A stretch of DNA of 64,000 bases. It comes from Octopus sinensis. Its lineage: Eukaryota. The position numbers and the translations under genes are program-made. Below are positions 25,401 through 35,602 of this stretch, piece by piece. The notes under the pieces are model-generated. The model ran no database searches, was not told the DNA's origin, and saw only the letters and a list, made by a program, of their open reading frames with translations. Numbering within the stretch: the first letter of the stretch is position 1; each line of letters begins with the position of its first letter. The stretch spans positions 48,546,001 to 48,610,000 of the forward strand of contig NC_043014.1 in the NCBI RefSeq assembly GCF_006345805.1. The letters run 5' to 3'.

Positions 25401-28400
25401 AAATATTACTGTAAGTCGATGTCAGCAGCTATAAACTCACTTTCTAATTGTTTGTTGTTACTCTCTCTCTTTTTCAGCCCTTCTTGACAGCTTACATCGG
25501 AGGGTTAAGAGAAAATCTACCGATATGGAAGGATCATCTCAGGTATCAAACAAATTAGAACAACCATCCCGACCAAAAATATCTTTGAATCAACTACAAG
25601 AACGCCACCTGGCGGCGACAGCCAGTTCCTCCTCCTCCTCCTCCTCCTCTTCTTCATCGACGTCGTCGTCTCAGCCACACTATCTCAAACAGACAAGTGT
25701 TTCCACTCTTCCCTCAGTAACGCCCAGCCTACAAATGGCTAACCCAAGTAGGACTAGTCAGGAAAATTCCCGCCCCCTCATCTTTCCAGAGAACCGAGGT
25801 GACAGTCGTGACCAGCGGCGGCTTAAAGAAAAATTTGCTCAAGAATTTCATGAATCAGTGCTTGCTTCAACATTTTCAAACAAATCTTCAAACGGTAGAA
25901 CAGGTAACAACACCATTCAAAGAATTTTCTTTCATTTCTTTTGTCTCCCCTTATTTTCTCCCTTTACATTGTCTTCTCTGCAGTAGTTTCTTGTTGTTAA
26001 ACTCAATAATAGTAAGGAATTAACCCTCGGTTTTATTTGTAGAACTAGCAGTATCGCCTGGCGTTGCTCGGGTTTGTTTCGACCCTTTAGAATTGGAATT
26101 TTTGAAAAGTAAAAATTTTGCATTATGTAGCTTGTGAACATTCTTCTGGTTGAAATACACCGAAAAATGGCAACACAGCAGTCAAAAAATCGTAAAAATA
26201 GGGATTTTCATAGAAAAAAAAGCACCTTTTTGATGTAAATAATTTTTGGTCTTAACATGGTCCGATTTGAATTTTTTCTTCTACGGTCGGAAGAGCAAGC
26301 CTTCTTCTATCATACTCTCAAGTTTGGTCAACTTGTGCCGCAGGGTCTTGGAGGAGATAGTGTTAGATGGAGGCTGCCAAACCTGCCACATGCAGACAAC
26401 TTCAGTTTTATATGTATAGAGAGAGAGATTGCTTACTGTCATTTTAAATAAGCCTTTCTAAGTTTGGTACAAGGCCTGAAATTTTGAAGGATGTGTGGAT
26501 TCAATTAAATCAACACCAGTGCTGAACTGGTACTTTATTTATTGACTCTGAATGGTTGAAAGGCAAAATCAGCCTTGGAATTTGAGCTTAGAATGTAAAA
26601 CTGGGAGAAGTGCTGCTAAGCATTTTTGTCTAGTATACTAATGATTCTGCCAGCTCACCGTTTTAATGTCCTAAGGTCTGAAATGTATGGGTGAGGTATA
26701 ATTGATTACATCAACCCTAGTACTCAACAGGTATTGATTTTACCGACGCCAAAAGGATTAGGTGAAATTTGGACTCAGAACTTGAAAAGATGGACAAAAT
26801 GCTTAGTGGCATTTTGTTCGACGTGCTAATGATTCTGCTAGATCATCTACATAATAATTCTACACTTATGGCGTTAGGAAGGGCCTTCAGCTGTAGAAAC
26901 ATTGCCAGATCGGATTGGAGCCTGGTACAGCCTTCTGGCTTGCCAGCCCTCGGTCAAACCGTCAACCCAAGCCAACATGGAGAAAGGACATTCAACAAAA
27001 ATGATAATGATGATGCTGACTTGTGGAAATTTTTTAAGGAGTAGTCAGGGGGAGCATTCAAAGACAGTTGTGAAGAAGGTAAAAAGAAAACCCAATGGAT
27101 TCACCACCACTTCTATTACAACCACTACAGGAGGTGGCAGGACACGTTGAGTCTAATTAACTATAAGCCATATGCCTTGTCCTACCCTAGCATTTGCAAC
27201 AGAGTGGTGTAATGTTAAATGTAGCCATGGGTCAAATGGTGGTGCTAAACAAGGCTCAGATTTAGGTCTACCACCCCTGTGCAATAGAGTGGACTCTGTT
27301 ATACGGTTCAATTAATTACATCTGCTAATGATTTATGTCTCATCAAAGTTAATTATTATTATTATACGACACTTCAAACATTTTACTTTAATTCTGCTTT
27401 ATTATAATTCCTAGATGTTTCATTAACAACATACGCTAATTGTTATATTGCTAATTTATTTCTGTTTGTGTTTGTTTTCTCCGCCAGGTATGAAGTCGGT
27501 GGACAGTAGTAGAGACAATACAGTCACTCACCTGTCTGCGGTGTCTTCAATACTGCAGCAATCACAGAAATCCTCTTCACATGATTCCCACTCCAGTTTG
27601 TGTTCTCGGTCAGATGATGGACGTTTAGAGGCTACAGATTCTTTCAATGGCCAACCTTTGTTCAAATGGCCAGGAATTGAGACCATTCTTGGCACCTATC
27701 AACGTTATTTAGAAGGTAAATCCAGACTTCCTCAAATTTTCTAATTGCTACCTTCATTGGGCTGCAACTTAATAGATTTATGATCTTGAATTATATTAAG
27801 GGATTTAAAAGTAACTTATTCTGTACACTAGGCTAGGAATTGAACCTGTAATGATTTGGAACCATAATGTGGGCAAAAATTCAGGCGTGGCTGTGTGGTA
27901 AGAAGAGTGCTTCCCAACTACAAGGTTCCGGGTTCAGTCCCATTGTGTGGGACTTTGGGCAAATGTCTTCTATTATTGCCCTGGGCTAACCAAAACCTTG
28001 TGGGTGGATTTGATAGTAATAAATAATAATAAAATTATTGTATACCATGGTAAAAACTCATCAGAAAAAGTAGCCAAAAGTGTATGAACAGGTCATAGAA
28101 TAATGCACAGGAAGTGAACAGTGATTGAGTCATTAAAGGGGGATCAGGTTTACTGTTGGCAAATTTTAGGAAGCATGGAAGTTTTGAAGAAGCCTTTTGT
28201 GTGTGTGTGTTACTCTCCTTGCCTTGACATTGCGTGATAGTTACACAACGAGTGTCACCGATATGCTTTGCATAACTTGCTGTCCCTCCTCCCATGCCAG
28301 CATGGAAAAATGGACGTTGAATGAACAAAGGATCTCGTAGTTTCAGGTTCAGTCCCACTGCATGGTACCTTGGGCTCATTTCTTCTATTATGACCTCAGG

Positions 28401-31400
28401 TAGGCTGAAACCTTCATAGTGGATTTCATAGATGAAGAATTTTGCGTCCCAATCGAGTCGTCTTGGGTTCAATCCCATTGGATGGTCCTTTGAGCAAACT
28501 TCTTCTGAAATAGCCCCAGGCTGACTGAAACCTAGGGAGTGGATTTTGTTAGTAGATGGAAATTGAGTGAAGCCTGTTGTATATGTGTGTTTGTGTATGC
28601 TTTTGATGAGACATCACCTCATGGCTGATAAATGAGCATTATCATCATACAAGCAAAGTTGTTTGTTTCTAATCTTTGTGGAAAGTATTTCTAGCAGTGG
28701 TAGTGGTCGGGGGGAGGGGGGACTCCCAACAGGTGAGGATTAGTGACAGGAAGCCTGTCTCAACAAATTCCCTCTGACCTGTACAACCATGGAAAGGTAG
28801 ACATTGAAACCATGATGATAATGATAATAATTTTACTATCATCATCGTTTAATGTCCGTTTTCCATGCTAGCATGGGTTGGACGGTTCAACTGGGGTCTG
28901 GGAAGCCAGGAGGCTGCGCCAGGCCCAGTCTGATCTGGCAATGTTTCTACAGCTGGATGCCCTTCCTAACGCCAACCACTCCATGAGTGTAGTGAGTGCT
29001 TTTTACATGCCACCAGCACAAAGGCCAGGCAAGCTGGCAACGGCCACGATCGGATGGTGCTTTTTACATGCCACCAGCACGGAGGCCAGGCAAGGCTGGC
29101 AACGGCCACGATCGGATGGTGCTTTTTACATGCCCAGCACGGAGGCCAGGCAAGCTGGCAACGGCCACGATCGGATGGTGCTTTTTACATGCCCAGCACG
29201 GAGGCCAGGCAAGGCTGGCAACGGCCACAATCGGATGGTACTTTTACATGCCACCAGCACGGAGGCCAGGCAAGGCTGGCAAACGACCACGATCGGATGG
29301 TGCTTTTTACATGCCACTGGCATGGAGGCCAGTCAGGGCGGGGCTGGCAACGGCCACGTTCAGGCAGTTCTCTTACATGCCACCGGCACTGGTATCTCAG
29401 CTACAATTTCCATTATCCTTTGAAATTATGATTTGCAAAAAAATTAAATTAAAAGATACATTTGGGTACCAGAAGAGTTAACCTCTCGTCATTACTGTTG
29501 AATCATCCAAACATTTTTCCATGTTTTCTAAATAAATGCAAAGCACAGTTTTCACTTTCAAATTTCTAAATAAACTCTCTCTCTTCTTTTTTTTTCTTCT
29601 GTGTTGCAGAACAAAGGCTTGAGCGCCACATTCTCAACGACCGATGCCAGAAGTTAAAGACTGACAATATTGATCTGAATCGGACAGCAGAGAAACTTAG
29701 TAGGAAAGTTTCTGTAAGTATTCAAATGTCATTTAGACATAACTTCTAGCATTATATTGTTGTAATAACGGCGGTGAGCTGGCAGAATTGTTAGCACACC
29801 GGGCGAAATGCTTAGCAGTATTTCGTCTTCCGCTATGTTCTGAGTTCAAATTCCGCCGAGGTTGACTTTGCCTTTCAACCTTTCAGGGTCGATTAAATAA
29901 GTACCGGTTACGCACTGGGGTCAATGTAATCGACTTAATCCGTTTGTCTGTCCTTGTTTGCCCTCTCTGTGTTTAGCCCCTTGTGGGTAGTAAAGAAATA
30001 GTTATATTGTTGTTGCCCTCAACATCTACAGTGGGGTCTCCATCTCTTCTGGGGCTGGTATATTCTTGCTGCTGCCAACACCATATGATATACAGACAGG
30101 GTTTGCGTTTGTTCTTACCAGTTCACCCTGTGTTTCTGTTTCAGCCACCCATTCTTGATCTCAGTCTCCTGGTACCTTCTGTCCAATTTACTACTTGACC
30201 GATTAGCTGGCCTCAGGCTGAGCCAACCCATGAGAGCATATGACCCAACCATTACCATTTACATTTCTTCAACTGAAAGCAGTGAGCTGGCAGAATCATT
30301 AGCGCATCAGACTAAATGCTTAGCAGCAGTTCTTCCAGCTCTTTACATTCTCAGTTCAAATTCCATCTCGGTCGCCTTTGCCTTTCTTCCTTTGAAAGTC
30401 TATAAAATAAATACCAGTTGAGCACTGAGGCTTATATAATCAACTTAGCTCTCTCTGAAAATTGCTGGCCTTGTGCCAAAATTTGAATCTATTATATTTC
30501 TTCAACTAATATCAATGTTGTGTGTGTGTGGTTTGAAGACAATGTGAGAGAGGATGTGTTAGTCTGTAGACTCCCCCAAGTACATAACTAGAAAGGGCAT
30601 TTCACCGTCCATCTAAACAGACAAGATGGTCATGGCTGGAATGTCTTTGTTTACAGGTTTTCTTGGTGAGAGGGTGTGGCATCAAGCAACAGCTACCAGA
30701 AATGGGAAATGTATAAAGAAACAGCTCAGCATTTTACACGTGCTTGGGTTATTACCATAACAACTCTGTGTTCAAATCCTGCTGAAGTTATCTTTTTGTG
30801 AGACTGATGGAATACTCTGGGGTTGATATAACTTGGTGTGTTTCTGCCCACCCCCTTTCACTATCATATGTGCAAAGCTTAGCTATGTAGGACAGAAGAT
30901 CCTGATGGTAGGTCACTTCGTGGGACTTGGTATCTAAAATTGTTATTAGACTTAACCATATTCAGAACAAAGTGGGCCAAATATTGTTCCTTTTAGATAC
31001 AAGTCCCTCCTTCTAGATAAAATGCCACTGCTATAGACAGTAGGAACCCTGTATAATGGCCAGTTTGCACTCTGTCAGTTATGATGACGAGGGTTCCAGT
31101 TGATCCCATCAAATGGCTGAGTACTCCACAGACATGCATATCCTTAATGTAGTTCTTAGGGAGATTCAGCGTGACACAGGGTGTGACGAGGTTGGCCCTT
31201 TGAAATATATGCACTACTCATTTCTGCCAGCTGAGTGGACTGGAGCAACGTGAAATGAAGTATCTTGCTCAAGGACACAACACACTACCAGGAATTGAAC
31301 TCATGAGCCGATTACGCTAACCCTAACCACTCATGAGTAAAACTCACACAGCAAGTTTGGAATTCAGTTACGTCTAGCAACTCGACATTACTTTGATTCT

Positions 31401-32940
31401 TGGAGTTTGGCATCTTACCAGTGCTTCAGGAATACCAATGGCATTTTAGTTAAACTTATTATTACTATGGCAGTGAGCTGGCAGAATCATTAGCTTGTCT
31501 GACAAAATGCTTAGCGACATTTCTTTCAGCCTTACATTCCGAGTTCAGATTCCACTGAGGTCAGCTTTGCCTTTTGTCCTTTCAAGTCAATGAAATAAGC
31601 ATCAGTCAAGTACTGGAGTGAATATAACTGACTCACTTCCTCCCTTATAAATTACAGCTCTTGTGTCAGAATTTGAAGTTATTATTAGTATTATTATTAT
31701 TGTGAGGATGCATGACCTAGTGGTTAGAGTGTTGCATTCGTGATTGCAAGATTGTGGTTTCAGTTCCTAGACCGGGTGGTGTGTTGTTCTTTAGCAAAAC
31801 ACTTCATCCCACATTGCTCTGCAATCACTTAACACTTGACGCATCGTACACTGTGCACCTGTTCCGACAACGTCAATTTGATGGGAGAGGCACATACATT
31901 TGATCCCTATAAGCAAATGATTTGTTTGGGTCATTCAACAAAAAGCTAAAAACTCATGCATTGTCTAAGACAGGAGTGTAGGGAAAAGGACACTTTTCCC
32001 ATACCTTGGAGATGGCAGAGTAATCCGGTGTTTTTGCATGGGGCTTACCCCAGATTATCCCAAGTGGACTGCCCCGCTATTGAGGGATTCTATTTATTTA
32101 TTTATTATTTATATCTCTACTCTGTATCATATATCCTGTTATATCCTTTAATGTGGTAGTTTCTCCCCTTGATTGATGTTAACCCCACGTTTTTGATTTT
32201 GTAATCTTTTTGTGCTGTAACTCGTCCTTTGACATTGTCCTCCATGTCTTGAGCCCTTGTGGCCAATAACAGAAATCATCATTATTATTATTATATCAGC
32301 GTCAAAAAATCAAATGGAAATTGTAGTCGTGATACCTGTGCCAGTGGCACGTAAAAAGCACCATCCAAACGTGGCCAATGCCAGCGCCGCCTTGACTGGC
32401 TTCCGTGCTGGTGGCACGTAAAAAGCACCAACCGATCGTAGCCGTTGCCAGCATCCCTGGCACCTGTGCCGGTGACACGTAAAATGCACCATCCGAACGT
32501 GGCCGATGCCAGCGCCACCTTGAATGGCTTCCGTGCTAGTGGCACGTAAAAAGCACCAACCGATCGTGGCTGTTGCTAGGCTCGCCCAGCATGTAAAAAG
32601 CACCCACTACACTCACGGTGTGATTGGTGTTAGAAAGGGCATCCATCTATAGTAACACTGCCTGATCAGACTGGAGCCTGGTGCAGCCTCCTGGCTTCCC
32701 AGACCCCAGTCAAGCCGTCCATCCTGTGCTAGCATGGAAAACAGACATTAAACGATGATGATGATGATGATGATGATATTATAGTTTTAAAATCTCGTTT
32801 GTTTCACTTGATTGATTTTTCCTTTTGTGTTTGTTTTGCAGAATTTACTTGAAAGCAAGAACCATGATGATGAAGAACTTTGTCGGATACGAAACAGTGT
32901 TGATGCCCTGAGGCGCTATTGTCTGCAGTTACCAAGATGA
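1541..32940 (+). CDS. GSE1: GSE1 (genetic suppressor element 1) ortholog, 5'-partial; join(1541-1759,8973-9166,9299-9447,10060-10251,12712-12924,14260-14525,15350-15633,16645-17464,21650-21868,23686-23841,25478-25903,27488-27715,29610-29713,32842-32940)
   Basis: Exons sum to 3569 nt plus 1 nt from an upstream exon, giving 1190 codons ending in TGA at 32938-40; all introns GT-AG with matching phases. Motifs in the same order as vertebrate GSE1 (recalled, not aligned): SSFAAALRKLANQAKDP, STPKRGP, PPVVTIAPT, FQPYRP..YHP..PYPHPAF, RE-rich coiled coil, LVSKLDLEE..DSEEDE, EKFAQEFHESVL, KWPGIETILGTYQRYLEEQRLER. Confidence 0.92.
3716..3810. repeat. (TAT)n microsatellite (representative of many TG, TA, CA, TAT and GAT tracts)
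   Basis: Read directly. Others include (TG)n 718-748 and 44046-44096, (TA)n 2519-2553 and (AGGT)n 53540-53592. Confidence 0.95.
8973..9166 (+). CDS. GSE1: GSE1 exon 2 (DDGPSVKAV...STPKRGPPP...VVTIAPTQ...AHSQ)
   Basis: ttcctcttgtag acceptor, CAG|gtaatg donor, phase 1-0. Confidence 0.9.
9299..9447 (+). CDS. GSE1: GSE1 exon 3 (NLERTHSV...IIQPSHR)
   Basis: ttttatttcag acceptor, CAG|gttggt donor, phase 0-2. Confidence 0.85.
9698..9742 (+). ncRNA. Type I hammerhead ribozyme fold, U3-A8 core variant
   Basis: CAUGCG UUGACAA GAGG-caauua-CCUC GAA ACUAUAGC C CGUAUG: 6-bp helix I (extendable to about 9672-9765), 4-bp helix II, palindromic helix III; position 16.1 is C instead of U. Confidence 0.6.
10060..10251 (+). 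CDS. GSE1: GSE1 exon 4 (TTSSAL...GFQPYRPEEE...YPHPAF)
   Basis: ctatctttcag acceptor, TAG|gtattg donor, phase 2-2; matches the GSE1 FRPY/HPAFR motifs. Confidence 0.9.
10808..11960 (-). pseudogene. Decayed mariner transposase, split by a LINE-tail insertion
   Basis: Frameshifted motifs in order: DLAEQHICVKFCFK, FSNVVT | MWMYNYDIE (YDPE-like), QEFVPQGQTI..LREAVQRKRP, DFSL-like FSLFSKLKHPLK. Confidence 0.72.
11351..11548 (-). mobile_element. LINE/SINE 3' end with (TTA)n tail inserted in the mariner relic
   Basis: Same sequence occurs on + at about 60240-60428 and partially at 53170-53232. Confidence 0.65.
12135..12353. mobile_element. piggyBac-type MITE family A copy
   Basis: TTAA at 12131-34 and 12354-57; same internal sequence as 975-1193. 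Confidence 0.8.
12712..12924 (+). CDS. GSE1: GSE1 exon 5 (RIDDPLVLERCRLMHPHF...SRYPTDLL...PNDR)
   Basis: ttctcttccag acceptor (the only nearby AG that keeps frame), CAG|gtcggt donor, phase 2-2. Confidence 0.85.
14260..14525 (+). CDS. GSE1: GSE1 exon 6, RE/Q-rich coiled coil
   Basis: tcgttttag acceptor, CAG|gttggt donor, phase 2-1; EREKERERELERQ repeat. Confidence 0.9.
14846..15067. mobile_element. piggyBac-type MITE family B copy
   Basis: TTAA on both sides; internal sequence matches 22708-22927. Confidence 0.8.
15350..15633 (+). CDS. GSE1: GSE1 exon 7 (SITQGTPRDLLY...HHSYLAK)
   Basis: ttcttgtccag acceptor, AAG|gtaagc donor, phase 1-0. Confidence 0.85.
16645..17464 (+). CDS. GSE1: GSE1 exon 8 (NDFTIPRL...LVSKLDLEEAK...GLTTHSRRR)
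   Basis: cttttcttttgcag acceptor, GAG|gtaagc donor, phase 0-1; lies in the 295-aa ORF 16627-17514. Confidence 0.92.
17487..17706. mobile_element. piggyBac-type MITE family A copy, 22 nt from the GSE1 exon 8 boundary
   Basis: TTAA at 17483-86 and 17707-10. Confidence 0.8.
18266..18418. repeat. 22-bp minisatellite, about 7 copies
   Basis: Unit gtggtacccctgcagatcagtc with minor variants. Confidence 0.9.
21650..21868 (+). CDS. GSE1: GSE1 exon 9 (LEFDRYRKRRHMFREGSLSP...DYKQKCRYLHSFLLSPLTGDKKK)
   Basis: Poly-T gttctag acceptor, AAG|gtacga donor, phase 1-1. Confidence 0.88.
22221..22296. repeat. Perfect inverted repeat, 30-bp arms, 16-nt spacer
   Basis: aacaatgatataattaaattataccatata at 22221-50 and its reverse complement at 22267-96. 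Confidence 0.95.
22708..22927. mobile_element. piggyBac-type MITE family B copy
   Basis: TTAA at 22704-07 and 22928-31. Confidence 0.8.
23385..23578 (-). mobile_element. CR1-type LINE 3' fragment
   Basis: Encodes RGAFSVRVADPWNKLPDEIVKMPTTARFKVSLDHKW, a typical CR1 ORF2 C-terminus. Confidence 0.8.
23686..23841 (+). CDS. GSE1: GSE1 exon 10 (YEAIRQACEEEK...polyQ...VKRSKP)
   Basis: ttgtctccacag acceptor, CTG|gtaaat donor, phase 1-1; Q9 tract. Confidence 0.82.
25101..25407 (+). mobile_element. Non-autonomous Helitron, family 2
   Basis: Starts TCTATATATATAAACGG and ends ..ataatgCTAGT; body matches 39975-40143 in reverse. Confidence 0.65.
25478..25903 (+). CDS. GSE1: GSE1 exon 11 (LLDSLHRR...polyS...EKFAQEFHESVLAST...NGRT)
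   Basis: ctctttttcag acceptor, CAG|gtaaca donor (an in-phase alternative GT lies 9 nt upstream), phase 1-1. Confidence 0.88.
26045..26420 (-). mobile_element. Non-autonomous Helitron, family 1
   Basis: Reverse complement of 55351-55674 over most of its length; CTAG at 26045-48. Confidence 0.78.
27488..27715 (+). CDS. GSE1: GSE1 exon 12 (MKSVDSS...FKWPGIETILGTYQRYLE)
   Basis: ttctccgccag acceptor, AAG|gtaaat donor, phase 1-1. Confidence 0.9.
28835..29410 (-). mobile_element. SINE-like family 4 (gttggcgttaggaagggcatccagc domain, (GAT)n tail, 5' tandem ~60-bp units)
   Basis: Other copies: ~18975-19260(-), 32300-32775(+), 36275-36480(+), 37138-37385(+), 38505-38725(-), 42000-42270(-), 50660-50960(-), 51940-52340(-), 54120-54320(+), 57270-57620(-), 60430-60600(+). 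The source of most GC-rich ORF-track hits. Confidence 0.85.
29610..29713 (+). CDS. GSE1: GSE1 exon 13 (QRLERHILNDRCQKL...LSRKVS)
   Basis: ctgtgttgcag acceptor, TCT|gtaagt donor, phase 1-0; C-terminal coiled coil. Confidence 0.9.
29768..30001 (+). mobile_element. tRNA-derived SINE family 1 (ggcggcgagctggcagaa...gtaaagaaata)
   Basis: A/B-box head (gttcaaattcc). Other copies: ~4048-4265, 4392-4600, 13478-13700, 15782-16015(-), 20750-20952, 24218-24451, 30280-30490, 31470-31680, 52805-53039, 62920-63376. Confidence 0.85.
32300..32775 (+). mobile_element. SINE-like family 4 copy with four alternating head units
   Basis: Units alternate A-B-A-B before the conserved domain and (GAT)n tail. Confidence 0.85.
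32842..32940 (+). CDS. GSE1: GSE1 last coding exon (NLLESKNHDDEELCRIRNSVDALRRYCLQLPR*)
   Basis: tttgttttgcag acceptor, phase 0, stop TGA at 32938-40. Confidence 0.88.
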   Translation, partial: NLLESKNHDDEELCRIRNSVDALRRYCLQLPR

Positions 32941-34240
32941 CATTAAAGTTCCTAGTTGTCTTCAGCTGAAGAATTAATATCATCCCTTTCAAACAAACAA
33001 ACAAAAACAATTAAACCCTAAAAAATGAAAAAGAGACGCTCACTTCCTCGTTGCCTCGGCTACAATATCAATTTTGCCACTAAACCTCCTAGCAATATAA
33101 GTAACAACAGCAACAACAACAAACACATCATGACATTGACTCCCTTTTATTGAAGGTCCTGCCAGGTTATCTCAGCAGCTGGAGATAAGATGTGTGCTGA
33201 CCACGCAGCCTGGCTGGAACCTTCAAGACTTGTAATTTAAACTCTACTCTTTTGTTGGACTCTTGTATCTCAGCCTTTGACTCTCTCGAGTCCGGCTTTA
33301 ACCACAACATGGTCAAACTTTGATTTTACTCCCCCTGATGGGAATTAAGGACTATATCCATTCAAATTGGTGCCATCAACTCTTCTACCATTAAATTTCT
33401 CTTTAAATCTTTGCAGTCTTCATTTTATTTATTTCTTTTTCTGAGCCTTTTTTTAAAATTTTTATTTTCTTTCTTCGTTATCCAATTCTACTGTTATTTC
33501 TCTTTCAGCATTGTTAATTAGCATTAATTTCTCATTACAAGACACATTGCCTTTTTACCTGGAATATCCGCTGGCCACGGTGAAGGCACATGGCTTAGTA
33601 GTTAGGGCATTTGGCTTATGATTGTAAGGTCATGAGTTCAATTCCCGGTGACGCATTGTGTCCTTGAGCAAGACACTTCATTTCACATTACTCCAGTTCA
33701 CTCAGCTGGCAAAAGTGAGTTGTACCTGTATATTAAAAAACCAACCTCGTTACACTCTGTGTCACACTGAATCTCCCTGTGAACTACATTAAAGGTATGC
33801 TAGTCTCTGGAGTACTCAGCCACTTGCACATTGATTTCACAAGTAGGCTGTTCCAGTTCATGGGATCAACTGGAACCTTCATCATCGTAACTGATGGAGC
33901 ATCAACCGGCCATGGACAAACTCTACAGAATTTACTCACCTGGGCTGATCTGTGGATAGAAGCTATGACATATACACAGTAAGACACCTGTTATTGTCAT
34001 CGTCGATCACCTATTCTAATAGTTGTCCTAGGTACACGGGGACGGTCACAGGTTGTTCTTCATTCGTTTATTACTGTTCTTATTCTAACTCATGTCCATT
34101 ATTGGAAAATCTTTTGTCACACACCTGTGACCTCCTCAGCAACGCTTATTCCATTCTGTTCTTCTAGACATAACAGAATGGAATAAGCAGAGCAAGAGCA
34201 CATATGAAGACGGAAAGTGTTGCTGAGGAGGTCACAGGTG

Positions 34241-34560
34241 TGTACTTGTATTTGTGGCAACATTCATCCTGGATGGGGTGAGTCGGCTTCTTCTACTCAT
34301 GGTTGAGGGAATATGTGGATTTCACAAGCGGTCCCCAACAAACCCACATGTGGAGACATCCTGTTTGCTGCAGATTGTCTGCAGACGCAGGGACAGAACA
34401 ACCGAGGAGCCGCCGGTTGCCGAAGCAGACACTCCGAGGATTTTCACCGAATTTCCCGACTGCATAGCTCTGACACTACCCATTGCCAGCATCCCCACCA
34501 CGGTGAGGAGGGGATGGACTTTGGGGACAAAAGATTTCCAGACAATGGACAGGAGTTAGA
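34241..34560 (-). mobile_element. Diverged LINE 3' end with CAAGTA-type tail
   Basis: 52 nt at 34243-94 match the reverse complement of 35905-56 at 41/52; GC-rich island. Confidence 0.4.
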
Positions 34561-35512
34561 ATAAAAACACTAATATATGAGAGAAGAACCAATATATAGT
34601 GTGTGTGTGTGTGTGTGTTTATTCGGCAAAAACAAATTAAAAATAAGAGGAGGTCGAAGTAGAATGGCTGGTGGTGCCAGAGAAACCAAATTGATTAACA
34701 GAGACATTTGATTGATGGAGATTAATGTTTTTTAATGGGTGAACATTTGGTTGACAGAAATTAACATTTTAATGGGTTAACATTTGGTCGACAAAGATTT
34801 AGACATTTGTTCATCAAATGTCCACCAACTAAAGGGTTCGTTTTTTTTTTTTTTTTTAAATAAACGAACATCTGGAAACATTGACTTTTTTTCTTTTAGT
34901 GGGTGAGCATTTGATGATAAGAAGGAAATAATAATGATAGTAACAATGATAATAATAAAAATAATAATATATAACAAGAAAAACAACAACAAAATGTCAA
35001 ACAAACCTCCAAGAATATCTGTCCATTTCCAATGTAACCACCAAATTAGAAACAGGAAGCCAACAATGGATTAAAATTCAATTAATTTTGTGGTTTACAA
35101 AAGAAATATTTTTTCAATAATTTTTAACATTTGGACATTACTTATTTTTTTTGTATTTTTTTTTTAGTTTTTGTTCTTATATATATTTTTATATATTTTT
35201 TCAAAATTTATTTTTTATTAAAAATTTGTAAAATTTAAAGATTTTTATTTGTTGACCGAGTAAGAAAAAACAGGAAAGATAAACTCGTTAACAGACTCAG
35301 CACAAATTATTAAGAAAATATAAAAAAAAAAAAATTAAAATAATGAAAGATAATGGTGGGGTGGGGGGGAATACCAAGACACTGCCAAAGAGGATTCCGT
35401 TTCAGCACCATTCCTCACCAAAAATACGTGTATGTGTGTGTGAGTGAAGTCAAAGTGTTTTGATTAGAATCCAGTCCAGCAGCAAAAGAAGCAAAATGTT
35501 GTGGGATTGGTG

Positions 35513-35602
35513 TCAGGTGTAACTGGTGCCAAACCATTGGTTGACGGCATCTAAAGAGAGCGACAGTTGTAGATTTGTCACATAGACTCTGCCATCTTCG
35601 CA
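35513..35602 (-). CDS. FBXO15: FBXO15 last coding exon (CEDGRVYVTNLQLSLSLDAVNQWFGTSYT*)
   Basis: cttctttctttcag acceptor, stop TGA at 35515-13; resembles the FBXO15 C-terminus ..IVNLVLYLSIAKINHWFGTEY. Confidence 0.9.
   Translation of the reverse strand, partial: CEDGRVYVTNLQLSLSLDAVNQWFGTSYT

Noticed and set aside
28996-29400. CRISPR-like appearance of the regular ~60-bp repeats
   Set aside because: There are no unique spacers and no cas genes; it is a tandem array in a eukaryotic SINE.
28878-29481. Long GC-rich ORFs (181, 161 and 125 aa) and similar MDGSTGVWEARR/MLFTCH ORFs at 19, 32, 37, 38.5, 50.7, 52 and 57 kb
   Set aside because: All fall in family-4 SINE copies, are open in several frames because of tandem units, and have no splice context or protein motif.
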